A program made the position numbers and the translations under genes. The notes beneath the pieces are model-generated. The model saw only the letters and a program-made list of their open reading frames with translations. It had not been told where the DNA came from and made no database searches. Below, one piece after another: positions 1-12,229 of a stretch of DNA of 64,000 nt. Within the stretch, counting starts at the first letter, position 1. Every line of letters begins with the position of its first letter. The stretch comes from Paraspadella gotoi (Eukaryota > Animalia > Chaetognatha), in NCBI GenBank assembly GCA_051294375.1, contig CM119264.1:21465045-21529044 (forward strand), in the 5' to 3' direction.

Positions 1-832
1 TCCGTAAACGAATCCCAATATTGCAATACAGAATCCCAATTTACTCCGAATTTGTGTCATGAAAAGAAAGGAAAAAAACAAAGACACACACACACACACA
101 AAACCAACGCAACCAAAGCAAAACAATAAAAAAAAAGACGTGAAAACCTCTACCCACCTGCCACATGTGCAAATAACTAAAAAAAAGAGAAACAAAAACC
201 AACCTGGACCTGATAAACATAATAGCATATAAAAAGGCAAAAATTATAATGTGGCTCGAATACATCAATTCATTTTTACGCCCATTGTGACTTTGTATAG
301 AAGTTTATCATTTTTATCGAGCCAGGACAGGCTTCGCCTGGTCCTGGCTCTATAATGATTAAGGATTTCTTCTCTGTAACGACGTCGTCGTCGTCGTCGG
401 CGTCACTCTGTTTTTATATAAAAACTACTACGCTTTTATAGGTTTGGCTGGGACTTACAGTTTTTTTTAAATAAAAATTATTATGAATTATGATAAAGTT
501 TTATAAAAGTGTGCAATCATAGTAAGTTAAAAATTTAGATATGGCTTCTCATCTTGAAATAACTTTGATATTTTCTTATTACATTTGGATTTAAGTATTT
601 TTTGTTTGAAATGCTTTAATATAATTTACATATTGCAGTATATAATATTGAAGATAAAATTCAAAATTTTTTGATATCTATAATAAAAATAGGAAATCAA
701 AGGATCTTTTTAATGAGAAGCTATATCTTAATTTTAATACAAATAAAAATAAAATCTTTTACAAGCTATGATTTGAAAAAATTGGGAAAATTTTAAATTG
801 TAAACAATTGTAACATATTTTTGCCTTTCTTT

Positions 833-835
<3 letters not shown>

Positions 836-882
<47 letters not shown>
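836..882. repeat. (TA)n microsatellite
   Basis: Uninterrupted TA run. Confidence 0.95.
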
Positions 883-887
<5 letters not shown>

Positions 888-976
888 TTTTCTGAAAAAA
901 CGAGGTCAGACTCTGCAGTGACTATACAGTGGCCTTCCAGCAGCAGTCCAGCTTTGTCTCTCTCTGTTTCTTTCTG

Positions 977-1022
<46 letters not shown>

Positions 1023-1266
1023 CAATCTCATGCCTGATCGTTCGTTTTTTGAAAAATTCTAATTATTTTTTTCCTTGTAATTATTCTAATTATTCCAATA
1101 CAAAATCCCAAATTTACATCTGAGATTTTCGTTGATTTTTTTGAGAAAATGTGAAGAATATCTTACTTGACCTGGATTTCGTGGCCGTTGCAGGGCAACG
1201 AGTAAACAATGTCAAGGAACATGACCTAATAACGCGTTTTGATGGTAACGGAAACGTTACATTTAT

Positions 1267-1945
1267 AAACAAGTTTGAGCAATGTCGAATCGGTAATTAA
1301 TTAATTGATAATTAATTAATAATTATTTCAAGTTAATTAATTATTTAATTAATTAATAATTAATTTATTCAAGGTAATTATTTAATTAATTAGGCAATTA
1401 ATTAATTAATTTGATCAGAAATGTTTGTTTTGATTGATTAATTGACTGATTAATTAATTATTGATTAATTAATTGACTAATTGATTATTTAACTGATTAA
1501 TTATTTGATTAATTAATACATCTTGCATTTACATTTAAAATAAAAAGAAAAATAATCAATTAGTGAAATAGGTTCTTTGTTTTTTCCATTTAAACTCAGT
1601 TCCACTCGGACGATTCCATCGAAACTTCATATACAGCTCGATCAAACACTTCCCTACCCACACACAAAATTTTATTCCAATCTATCCATCCAATCACGAG
1701 TAATTGGTGTTTTTTGCTAAGGTGGGATGGACGGACGGACTGACGGACGGACGGACTGATGGACTGACAGACTGACGGACTGACGGGCGAACGGACGGAC
1801 GGACAGACATCGTTTTTTTTTGCATTATTTATCATAATTCGATGTTCTGACATGATATAAGTGAGTGCCCGACAATATTGAGGGGGCGGACCGACAGACC
1901 GACAAAGTGAATTATAGAGTTGGGATCTGCAGATCCGACTAAAAA
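1267..1945 (-). mobile_element. HINE/DINE-1-like element family B (GTCGGATCTGC sub-TIR, GTCC microsatellite)
   Basis: On the minus strand it starts TTTT-AGTCGGATCTGCAGATCCC, has a (GTCC/GTCA)n run and the same core as 19220-20568, and ends CGACATTGCTCAAACTTGTT. It interrupts a module that is intact at 2530-2710. Confidence 0.8.
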
Positions 1946-2049
1946 AAATCAACTTGACCGAGATCACGCCGCAACGGATAACCAATATAAACGAGAGTGA
2001 CCTAATATTGCCTATCGTTGGCGGGAAAACTCTCTTTCTCTCTCTCTCA

Positions 2050-2120
<71 letters not shown>

Positions 2121-3374
2121 CAAAAAAAATTTTATTAACTTTTTTTTTCACCACCGTCACTAGGCGACGAGTAAACGAGTAAACGAGTTCTGGCTCTCTC
2201 TCTCTCTCTATCTTTCTCTCTATCTCTCTCTTTTTCTATCTCTCTCTCTCTCTCTCTCCTGTTTTTTTAAGTCACTTTTTTTTCACCACCGACACTAGGC
2301 GACGTGTAAACGAGTAAACGAGTTCCGCCTCTGCAGCGTCTGTGGAGCTTCTTTCTCTCTCTCTCTCTCTCTTTCTCTCTCTGTCTCTTTCTCTCTTTAC
2401 GATCTCTTGCGTGATCATTCATTTTTTGAAAAATTCTCATTATTTTTTTCCTTCTAAAAACTTTTATTATTGCTATTTAATCCGCGCTTTTTATCTCAAT
2501 ACAAAATCCCAAAATACAATAACTTACTTCACCTAGATTTCGTGGTCGTTGCGTGGCAACGAGTAAACAATGTCCAGGAACATGACCTAATAACGCGTTC
2601 ATGTATACAAAAAATCAACATGACCCAATTTCATGCCGCCGTTGCGAGGCAACGGATAACCTCGATAAACGAGAGTGACCTAATAATGCGTCTTGTTGGT
2701 GGGAAAACTCTCTCTCTCTCTCTGTCTCTCTCTTTCTCTCTCTCTCTATCTCTTTTTAGTCGGATCTGCTTATCAGCAGATTGCTTTTCTTTTGGGAATC
2801 TGCAGGGCGCGAACCCGAGTCCTTTGGATTGGGAGGAGCTCGCGCTAACTCCGGTTCGACCGGACGAGTAAAGGGGCTGTTCAGCTTCTCTCTCTCTCTT
2901 TGAATTATATGTCGCTCTCTCTCTCTCTTTTTCTCCGTCGCTACTGCTTCTGATTCTGATTTGTGAGGTAGTCGTCGTCGTCGTCGTTGTTGTTGTTGTT
3001 GTCGTCGCATCATAATCCAGGTTAAGCCACTCTACTATTCTTGCTCACAACTTCTCTTAAGTAGCCATTACAATAATAACCAGTGGCTGCGCCAATACAT
3101 GTAAAGGGCTTTCATAATGTAGTTCTTACATTTAGTATTGAGAAATAAAAAACGAGTTTGAGAATAAAAACGAATATAATGTGTTCAAGAAGAAACAAAA
3201 AACAAGACTGAAAACAAATCTGTTTTCAAATTCAAAAGATAACTGTCGTCAAACAAAATGTTTTAAGATCAGGCGTCATCTTGTTTTAAAAGATGGAATC
3301 AAAATAAGTGGAAAAGAAAACAAAAGATTCAATCGGATTCAAATCATTAGTCAGGCTATTAAGATGGATGTTTT

Positions 3375-3453
3375 CAGCCGCCCGGATGGCAGTGGGCTCT
3401 AAGCCAGGCGTCCCGGGAATCTCGGTACCGGGTTCGAATCCCGGAGCGGACTG
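3375..3453 (+). pseudogene. tRNA-like sequence (tRNA pseudogene or SINE head)
   Basis: A-box-like TGGCAGTGG, perfect T arm CCGGG-TTCGAAT-CCCGG (B box), imperfect acceptor stem cagccgccc/ggagcggactg. Anticodon arm not interpretable. Confidence 0.55.
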
Positions 3454-4317
3454 ATGATTTATTAATTAAATTCATCTCTTCGTTCGACGGCTAAATCCTC
3501 CGCTGTTGGAATATAAGGGACTTAATATTACAAAATTAAATTCGTTGTCGTCTAATGAATGAGTGCTAAGTATGTTGATAAAAATTACTAAAATATTACA
3601 ATTAAAACGGGTTCTAAAATTGACGTTTCCGATTGACTTTGACCGACTTTCTCTTGACGAGAATCAATAAGTAAATAATAATCAATTCGTACGTATACGA
3701 AAAACAAAAGGTATAAAATTTCAAAATTCAAAAATGATTATATACAATTATACTGGGTAAAAAAAATATGTCAACTGTTGTAGCCACCGCCCTGGGTGCT
3801 GATTGGAGGAAGAAAACAAAGACAGGTTGCAACAGTTGATCTAGGCAATAGGCCTGACAGCGGGGATTTTATTTTTTATTTTTGTATTGTTGTTGTTATT
3901 GTTTTCCCCTTCTTGTCGTTTTATTAATTCTTTCAAAACTACAGCGTAAGTTGGGCGTTTTCCTAAGTCGTATGACTTGTGAGAAAAGTTTTCTGGTGTC
4001 GGTCTTGAAAACCTACACGTTGGCTCAGATCTTGGGTTTTCTTGATCGTTGATGTTGTCTTCTCGATTTTGATTTTTCGGCGGTGAAGTTGATTTACTTG
4101 TCAGCCGATTTGAGGGTGAAGTCGGGGTCCGAGGTTGATCTGGCGTTGGGGGCTGGTCTGGAGAAGAGAGAGGTGGGGGAGGAGGGGAAGGCGCGCAGGT
4201 TTCGCCTATGAGTAGTCGCTAAACGCGATTATTCGATCGAGTAGTCCTTGAAGTTGGCGCTGAAAATCTTGTTCTCGGTCCCGGTTGGCGGTCCCGGTTG
4301 GCGGTCCCAATGGAACC

Positions 4318-4498
4318 GGGCTCAACATGACCGTCGACATTCCCAGCAAAGGCCACGAGACGATCAATATCGCCAGGATCAAACCCGCCTAGGTCAGCGA
4401 AGACGACAGGCAAATAGACGATCCGGAACCGCGCCAAGAGAGACGCCCAGGCCGCCAACCGGGACCGAGAACAAGATTTCCAGCGCCAACTTCAAGGG
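4318..4498 (+). pseudogene. Displaced (inverted) C-terminal fragment of the Gypsy integrase
   Basis: 4321-4389 reads LNMTVDIPSKGHETINIARIKPA, the expected continuation (VSIDRLKPA-like motif) of HRNRLN at 5021 on the minus strand. Confidence 0.75.
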
Positions 4499-5020
4499 GT
4501 TCCATTGGGATTCCTCCCAACAGGATTCCTCCCACGCGGGATTCCTCCCACGCGGGATTTCTCCCACGTCCAATAAAAAAAAACAAGTTTGAGTAAACAA
4601 TGTCGGATCTGCCTACGATAATTAAGTGGTAATAAGCTAACTTGGTCAACTTGCATAATTTAATCAACTTGCATTATTTGGTAAACTGGCATAATTTGGT
4701 CAATCAATCAATCAATCAATCAGAGAGAGATAGAGAGAGAGAAACTTTAAAAAATTCAAATAAATGTGTCTTTTGGTTTTCTAATTTGAACTCTTTTCCA
4801 CAACTACAATTACATCAAAAAATTTATATTCAGCTTTATCACATACTTTCCTACCCACACACAAAATTTTATTTTAATGAATCAATTTTTTTCCTTGAAA
4901 CAAGAACATGCAACAAGAAAGTTAATCACAATTTAAGGGGAGGAATTCCTTGGGGAGGAATTCCGTGTCGGAGGAATCCCGCGGGGAGGAATCCCGTGTG
5001 GGAGGAATACCACAGCCACC
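4499..5020. mobile_element. MITE with inverted subterminal GGGATTCCTCCCAC tandem repeats, about 9-bp TSD (Mutator-like)
   Basis: About 16-bp units at 4507-4568 with inverted copies at 4937-5010; GG...CC ends; TSD aggctcaac (5021-5029, minus) / gggctcaac (4318-4326, moved by an inversion). Confidence 0.6.
4582..4890 (-). mobile_element. 3-prime fragment of HINE family B nested in the MITE
   Basis: aacaagtttgagtaaacaatgtcggatctgc is the reverse complement of the family B 3-prime end; core repeat ctacccacacacaaaatttt at about 4850. Confidence 0.65.
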
Positions 5021-5755
5021 GTTGAGCCTATTTCGATGCACGACCCGGAAAGGACCTTCATAGGGAGGAACAAGAGAGGGATGAACACCGGCTATTCTAA
5101 CAAATACATACTTGGCTGTATTGAGATTCGTAGGGATGTGGATCGCCGGCTGTCGGTGAGCAGATGTTTGAGTAGGCTGAAGTCGTGCCACTTCGACGCG
5201 GAGTCTTGAGAGTTGAGTTCTTCTTTGGTGATTCAGTCTTTCGTCGTCGACTTGTGGATTGCCAAGCATTGAGCCAGGCACGCCTATTCCTTCGCCGAAG
5301 ACAAGATCGGCGGCGGATGCTCCTATATCTTCTTTCACCGTCGTTCTGATTGCCAATAGCGTGAGTGGCAATTTCCAGTACCAGTTTTCTTTCTCGTTGT
5401 TTCCTAGTGCCATCAGAGATTCTTTTAATCTCCTGTGAAATCTTTCGACCATCCCATTCGCTTGAGGATGGTAGGCGGTTGCAGTTTGGTTTTTGATGCC
5501 CCACGTTTTTGTTAGCTGTTGCCACAGATTTGACATAAACTGGCTTCCTTTGTCAGTAGTGATTACTGACGGCGTTCCAAAAACGCTGATCCAGTTTAAA
5601 CTTAATGCGTCAATGATTGTGGGGGTTAGAGTATTTTGTAGTGGTATGGCCGCTGGCCACCTTGAGAATCTATCCACTATTGTTAACAAATACATATAAC
5701 CGTTGGATTTGGGCATTTTCACGAGGTCGATGTTAAGGTGTTGGAACCTTCGCGC
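5021..5755 (-). pseudogene. Ty3/Gypsy integrase core and GPY/F domain, truncated
   Basis: RFQHLNIDLV...LLTIVDRFSRW...ITTDKGSQF...TAYHPQANGMVERFHRRLK...PPYEGPFRV: D,D35E triad and GPY/F motif. Confidence 0.92.
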
Positions 5756-6629
5756 TAATAATATTTTTTAAAATTTGCATCATTTTTTAACTTTTTTATT
5801 TTTTCAAGTTGTATTATTTTTTAGTTTGCATAATTTTTTCAATTTGCATAATTTTTTTTAACTTGCATATTTTTTTAAACTTTTTTCAATTTTTAACTAT
5901 CTAGTTATCAAGTTCCATTAGTGAGGCAGTGAGGAAGTTGAAAAGTGTATCCATTTTATTTGTTTTATATCGATTCAAATATTTTTTTGTTTAAATTTCC
6001 ATTTAATTATGATTTACTGCGATATGCAAATTAGATTATAGTACTTTTTCATTAATTTTCTTTGAGAGTAAGAACTGTCGAGATCACTATACTTTTAAGA
6101 TTTTTTTTTATGTGGGAGATCGAATAATTTTCATATCTTTAGAAAAAATAGATAATCGGCTAGAAAATTAGCTAAAAGGCGAAGGAAGCTTATTAAGGAT
6201 AAATTATAACAGAAATATATGAAAAAACTCGACTAGAGGCGACAGGCGTTTGTCCTCTATTATTCGGTTACGAAACCTAAATTTAAATTAGGAAAATATA
6301 ATTAGGATACAAACCTACAATGTATTTCTCCGTTTTAAACATTACAATTGTGCTGGTGTATGCGATGTGTATGCGCTGTATGCGGTGTATGCGAATAATT
6401 TGGATACAAGTACGTATGAAATATACACAATTAAACATCAGTATCATTTTAGACAAAGCACCCTCTCAGTTTCTACTTCACTTTCCTTTTTTTCACCGTT
6501 CTCTCTCTCTCTCTCTNNNNNNNNNNCTCTCTGTCTCTCTCTCTCCCCTTCTCTCATTTCTACTCTCCCAAGTGAATTTCGCGGCCACAAGTCGCTGGAT
6601 TCAGAGTCCTTCGCCTTTGCCCACGGTCT

Positions 6630-6770
6630 TTGACGCTCGGCTCTTTGCTTCCATTTCCTCTCGCGCCGCGTTCTCTAAAGCTTTGCCCTCTCGCGCCGCG
6701 TCCTCTAAAGCTTTGCCCTCTCGCGCCACGTCCACTAAAGCCCTGCCCTGTCGTGCAACGTCCTCTGGCG
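6630..6770. repeat. GC-rich 30-bp minisatellite (about 4 copies)
   Basis: ctttgccctctcgcgccgcgtcctctaaag repeated; minus frame gives a 10-aa repeat AREGKALEDA. Confidence 0.8.
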
Positions 6771-7329
6771 CTAAGCACTCGGGTGGATCGGAGGCTTCCA
6801 CGCTACGTGGTACCGAGCTTTCCGGTGGCGCGCTCCGCGATACGGGTCCATTAACGGGTCGTACGGAGCGCGGAGCGCTAGCGCCGCCCCATTCCTTTCA
6901 TCGGTCCGAGGGGCGGCGACGGGGACGGCGGCGGAAGAGCAGGAGCAGAAGAAGAAGAAGAAGAAAGACGTGAAGGAGGAGGAGGAGGAGGAGGAGGAAA
7001 AAAGAGAGAGCACGAGAGAAAGTTAATGAGGAAAAATGGAGAGTAGGAGTTGGGGTTTTGGCCAAGTTTAGGAAGGTGGGAGATGTGGTACGTCTCCGAC
7101 TGGGTCTATTGTGGTAAAAGCTGGTTGGTTATTTGACAAAATTTGGGTTGAATATCAAAAGACACTGTAAAAATGGGTAACAAGATAAAAGACGTTGTTT
7201 GTTCCTCAACGAAAGATTCGAGGCCTATCTCGTCAATGAACTCAGTGTTCAGTGGTCGCAGTTATATACTGAGTGAAAACTTTAAAACTTAACGATTGAG
7301 TACAAAACGTTTTCATTTCAGTCTAACCG

Positions 7330-7470
7330 CAGGGATGTGGAGCCGGAGCCGGAGCCGAAGCCGGAGCCAGAATTTTTATCTGGCCGGAGCCGGAGCTGGA
7401 GCCGGAGCCGAAAAAAATGTTTGACCGGAGCTGGAGCCGGAGCCGAAATAAAAATGCCCGGCTCCAGCTC
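7330..7470 (+). mobile_element. Left end of hAT-like MITE (CAGGGATGTGGAGCCG, GGAGCC subterminal repeats)
   Basis: 16-bp terminus is the exact inverse of 22184-22199; (GGAGCC)n array. Confidence 0.65.
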
Positions 7471-7739
7471 CATAAAAATAAAATAAGATTATAATTATTA
7501 AATTAAAAAAAATATTTAAAAAAACATAATACTGATTTTTATAATTGATATAATATCATATATTTATTATACATAAGATTAAGTAAATAATAATAATTCT
7601 TTTTTTTTAATCTATTAAATTTATTATAAATACTTATTTATGAAGTCAAATTTATCCTTTAATATGCTTTGGCTTACTTAATTCAGCAACCATTTGCAGA
7701 CTGATTAAAGGCAAAGCTTTTCAATAATATATTTTGAAC

Positions 7740-7828
<89 letters not shown>
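7740..7828. repeat. (AAT)n microsatellite
   Basis: Long pure AAT run. Confidence 0.95.
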
Positions 7829-7830
<2 letters not shown>

Positions 7831-8114
7831 TTAATAATAATAAAATTATTTTGCTTACTATTTTTTTATATTATATACTTTTTATATATTTTTTGTTACA
7901 TATGGTTGAAAGATATCTCATTTAAAAGATAAAAAAATAAATTACTTTAATATTATACTTTTTATTTTTAACTTTTTAATTAATGAATTCAAAAATATAC
8001 TATAAAACTTATCATATTAGTTTACTTCTTTCATAGTATATTATATGCCTGAAAGGAATAACCATACTCGGGCATCCTATCAATCTTTTTATATTAAGGT
8101 CAGACTAAGTGATA

Positions 8115-9010
8115 GACAAAAATCTTAAAAGACTCAAGATCGAGTCAGAGCCTACTATCATAGAAAATTAATAAAAAAACTCGGAAAAAAAACGAATGAA
8201 TCATGCGATAACGAATTATTGATGTAATAGTAATGTATGAGGTAATACTAATTGATTGATGTAATAGTAATTTATTGATGTAATAGGAATTGATTATTGA
8301 TTCGATGATAACCAATTATTGATGCGATGATAGTCATTCACTGATGCGATGATAGTCATGCATTGATGCGATGATAGTCATTCATTGACGCGATGAATCA
8401 TTCATCGTAAATAAAACAAACAAATGCGTGTATGAGTGAAGAGAAGAGAAAGAGAAGAGAGAGAGAGAGGAGAGAGAGAAAGAAAGAAGAGAGAGAAAGA
8501 AAGAGAATAAATGCACGAAAATCTCGGATGAAAAATATGGGATTTTGTATTGAAAAAAAGCGCGGAATAAATGGCAATAATAAAAGTTTTTATAAGAAAA
8601 AAATAAATCAGAATTTAAAAAACAAAAATCTTAAAAGCATAAGGATCGAGCCAGCTTTCGATGGTAACCAAATATTGATGCGATGATAACAATAATTGAT
8701 GCGATGATAACAAAATAACTGATGTGATGATAATCAAATGATTGATGCGATGATAGTCATTTATGATGTGATGATAGTCATTCATTGACGCGATGAATCA
8801 TTCATCGTAAATAAAACAAACAAATGCGTGTATGAATGAAAGAGAGAGAGAGAGAGAAGAAGAGAGGAGAGAGAGGCTGGTCAGTTTTCACTCTCGTTTA
8901 TATTAAAGAATAATCAAATTTTTAGGAAAAAAATCCACGAAAATCTCGGATGTAAATTTGGGATTTTGTATTGAGAAAAAGCGCGGAATAAATGGCGGAA
9001 TAAATAAAAG

Positions 9011-9041
<31 letters not shown>

Positions 9042-10059
9042 CACAGATAGAACAGAGAGAAACAGAGAGAGACAAAGCTGGACAGCTGCTGGAAGGCCAC
9101 TGTACAGTCACTGCAGAGCCTGAACTCATTTTTTTCAGAAAAATAAAAAAATATATATAGATATAATTTAAAGAAATAAAAGAAAAGCAAAATATAGTTA
9201 CAATTGTTTTACAATTGGAAATTTGTATTAAAATTAAGATATAGCTTTCTCATTAAAAAAATCCTTTGAGTTCCATTTTTATTAGAGATTTAAAAAAAAA
9301 GATTTTTGAATTTCATCTTCAATATTATATACTGCAATATGTAAATTAGATTAAAGCATTTCTATATACTAATTTGGATATATAATGAGTACTATAATCT
9401 CATTTGCATATTTGCAGTAAATCATAATGAAGTGGAAATCCAAACAAAAAATACTTAAATCCAAATGTAATAAGAAAATATCAAAGCTATTTCAAGATGA
9501 GAAGCCACATCTAAATTTTTAACTTACTATGATCGCACACCTTTGTAAAACTTTATCATAATTCATAATAATTTTTATTTAAAAAAAAAACGGTAAGTCC
9601 CAGCCAAACCTATAAAAGCGAGTAATTTTTATTATAAACAGCGTGACGCCGACGACGACGACGCTGACGACGACGACGCTGACGACGACGACGACGACGA
9701 CGACGTCACAAAGAAGCTGACCCGAATCAATATCGAGCCTGAACCGGCTTCGCCGGTCATGGCTCGATAAAAACAAACGATCACCCAAGAGATCGGACAG
9801 AGAGAGACAGACACACACAGAGAGACAGAGAGAGACAGAGAGAGAGAGAGAGACAGCCGCTGCAGAGAAAAAGAGAGAGAGAAAGAGCGATATATAATAA
9901 TTAAAAGAGAGAGAGAAGCTCCACAGCCCCTTTACTCGTCAAAAAATCAACAGTACCTATTGCGCCGGACGTAGCGTGAGCTCTTCTCTACCCAAAGGAC
10001 CCCTGTTCGTGGCATCGTTTTTTACATTAGTGAGCCCACATTATATCTAAAAAATTTAA

Positions 10060-10100
<41 letters not shown>

Positions 10101-10407
10101 AGCTGGACAGACGCTGCAGAGCCGGAACACGTTTTTAGACAAATCAGAAGAAGCAGTAATGAAGAAAAAGAGAGAGAGAGAGCGACATATAATTAAAACG
10201 TTTTTGTTTTGTAAATAAAACATAAACAAATACGAATATTGATATGAAACATGAGTATTTTAAAGATCTTGATGATTAGAAGCCATATGTAAAATTTCAA
10301 ATCCCTATGATATCACACTTTCAGAAGCCATGATTGCAAAAAAGCGTGACCGAAAGCTAAACCGAATCAAAATCGAGCCAGGCGGGCAAAGCCTGGCTCG
10401 ATAAAAA
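8115..10407 (-). mobile_element. Two nested or tandem HINE family A copies
   Basis: Two 5-prime ends (TTTTTATCGAGCC plus hairpin at about 9773 and 10407) and two similar putative 3-prime ends (acaaaaatcttaaaag...gatcgag at about 8115-8145 and 8620-8652); internal attgatgcgatgata tandem repeats duplicated at 8320-8440 and 8670-8840. Confidence 0.55.
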
Positions 10408-11549
10408 GCATTGGCCAAGTTTAGGGTTTGAAAAGGGACTGACCAGGAATAATGGGGATTTAATAAGCCTTCCCATTCACCCTGAATGAACACCAATAAA
10501 AACCCTAACCCTAATTAATTTATCTTATTTACAATCTTACATCATTTACAGCAGGCCATTTTTTTAGCCCTAACCCTAACCTTTTATCTCATGCCAAGCT
10601 AAAAGCTTAACCCTAGTATTTTAACCCTACAAGGTGACACACAAAAGCCCGCCGCTAAAAAAAAATCGTCATTTGCAAATTTGTAAACATATTTTTCATT
10701 TAAAACTTTTTTTCTGTAATAAAAACCTAAATCATTTATTTATCCAAATTTTATATTGATTGGTTTTGATTTGACTTGGTACTAGAGTTCCGATAACCGT
10801 TAACAGTTAACGGTTATTAACGGTTAAAAATAATTTTAACTTAACCGTTAATATATTTATTTTAACGGTTAAATTCGGTTAATTTTCAAGTATGATTTTT
10901 GTTATTTTTTGTTATGAAAACTTTGATTTTTTCGGAAAAAAAATTTTTTTCCCTTATTCTCCTCTCCCTTTCTCACTATATTTTTCCCCCTCTCTCTGTT
11001 TTACATTTTCCCCTTTTTTTTCTTTGTTATTTTCAACCCTTTTATTCTTTTTCTATTCTAATCTATTATCATTTTTTTTCTGCCCTTCCGGTATTTTTTT
11101 TTACTTACTTTCTCCCAATTGTTTTCGTTTTTACTTTCAGCTAATTTTATACATTTACATCAAAGAATATTTTGAAATATAATATGCATCTGCATATATT
11201 TTTTTGCAAATCAAATTTTTACGTGCAATAATATTCTATTTTGCTGATAAAAAAAAATAATCTTTCTTATTTTACTTTTTTTAGATTTTTCTTTCAATTT
11301 TTAAAACGAACAAAGAAGTAAATAAAATAAAGCCGAATGAAAACTAAAATAAAAAAATTATTAGAAAACATTTAAAAAATGAACAACAGAAGGAATGAAT
11401 CTTTGAAAAGACATAAAGGCAAACTAAAACTATCCTTCAATGATGATATACTTTACTTTAATAAAATTTAAAAAAATATTTATTAATTAATAAGTCTTTT
11501 GATCAATCGATCATTCAACCATTCAATTAATAAATTCATATTCATAATT

Positions 11550-11710
11550 AAGAGAAAACAAAGTTTATTTGTTTACAAACAACGGGTTTTTATTCCATGT
11601 TTCGACTCTAGTTTTTCCGAGTCTACATCAGCGCGTGAGAGTCGAAACATGTCCGTTTTTTAAAAATAAAAACCTGTTGTTTGTAATCAAATAAACTTTG
11701 CTTTCACGCT
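11550..11710. mobile_element. Short palindromic Penelope-like unit with degenerate hammerhead cores
   Basis: Inverted arms aaagtttatttg...caaataaacttt; minus strand CTGATGTA-GACTC...GAGTC-GAAACATG; plus strand GAGTCGAAACATGTCC; also present in the second MITE copy at about 54410-54570. Confidence 0.55.
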
Positions 11711-12229
11711 TAAACGCAACGAAAAGAAAGTCTTAACACAATATTCATAATTATATTTATATTTATGGTCATGGTTATTGAAAGACTAACAACAGAAAAC
11801 ATGCTTTCAAGAAACTAACAACTATAAAAATAATGAGGAAGAGAAATAGAAAAAGAAAAAGCGAAAACGAAAGAAAGAAAGAAAAATAGAGAAAGAGAAA
11901 ACAAAATATACAGAATTAAAATTACATTGTGCTTTTTCTTTCATTGTCTTTTTTCATATTTTTATTAAGCTATGAGGCAAAAAAAAATTATTATAATGCT
12001 GTTTTTTCAAACCAATTTTCTCATTTATCAACTATAATGTTTACCTCATCTATCTGAAATAAAAGATAAAGATGATTCAGTAGCCGGAGTTAAGGAGAAA
12101 ATACCATTAGAATACTGTTAGTAAGGCTTTTAAATATAATATTTTAAATTAATGTTAAATTATAAAATTAACCGATTTTAACGGTTAACCGTTAAAAACG
12201 TTAGTTTTAACGGTTAAGCGAAGTTCCCA

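Larger units (their letters stand above)
311..3005 (+). mobile_element. Helentron/DINE-1-like non-autonomous element family A (ATCGAGCC sub-TIR), composite with internally duplicated modules
   Basis: Begins TTTTT-ATCGAGCC followed by a GC hairpin (gagccaggacagg...cctggtcctggctc) and a (GTC)n run. 380-1140 is the reverse complement of about 8930-9710. Module 1170-1240 plus 1945-2035 is repeated at 2530-2710. 2810-2930 matches the reverse complement of about 9880-10000. Right end not defined. Confidence 0.55.

Noticed and set aside
3375-3453. Functional tRNA gene
   Set aside because: Acceptor stem mismatched and no credible D or anticodon arm; kept only as tRNA-like
4922-5020. C-terminal extension of the 266-aa integrase ORF (GGCGIPP...)
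   Set aside because: Read-through into the inserted MITE
7734-7925. Poly-Asn ORF and the various SLSLSL, RERERE and VRPS ORFs
   Set aside because: Translations of AAT, CT/AG and GTCC microsatellites
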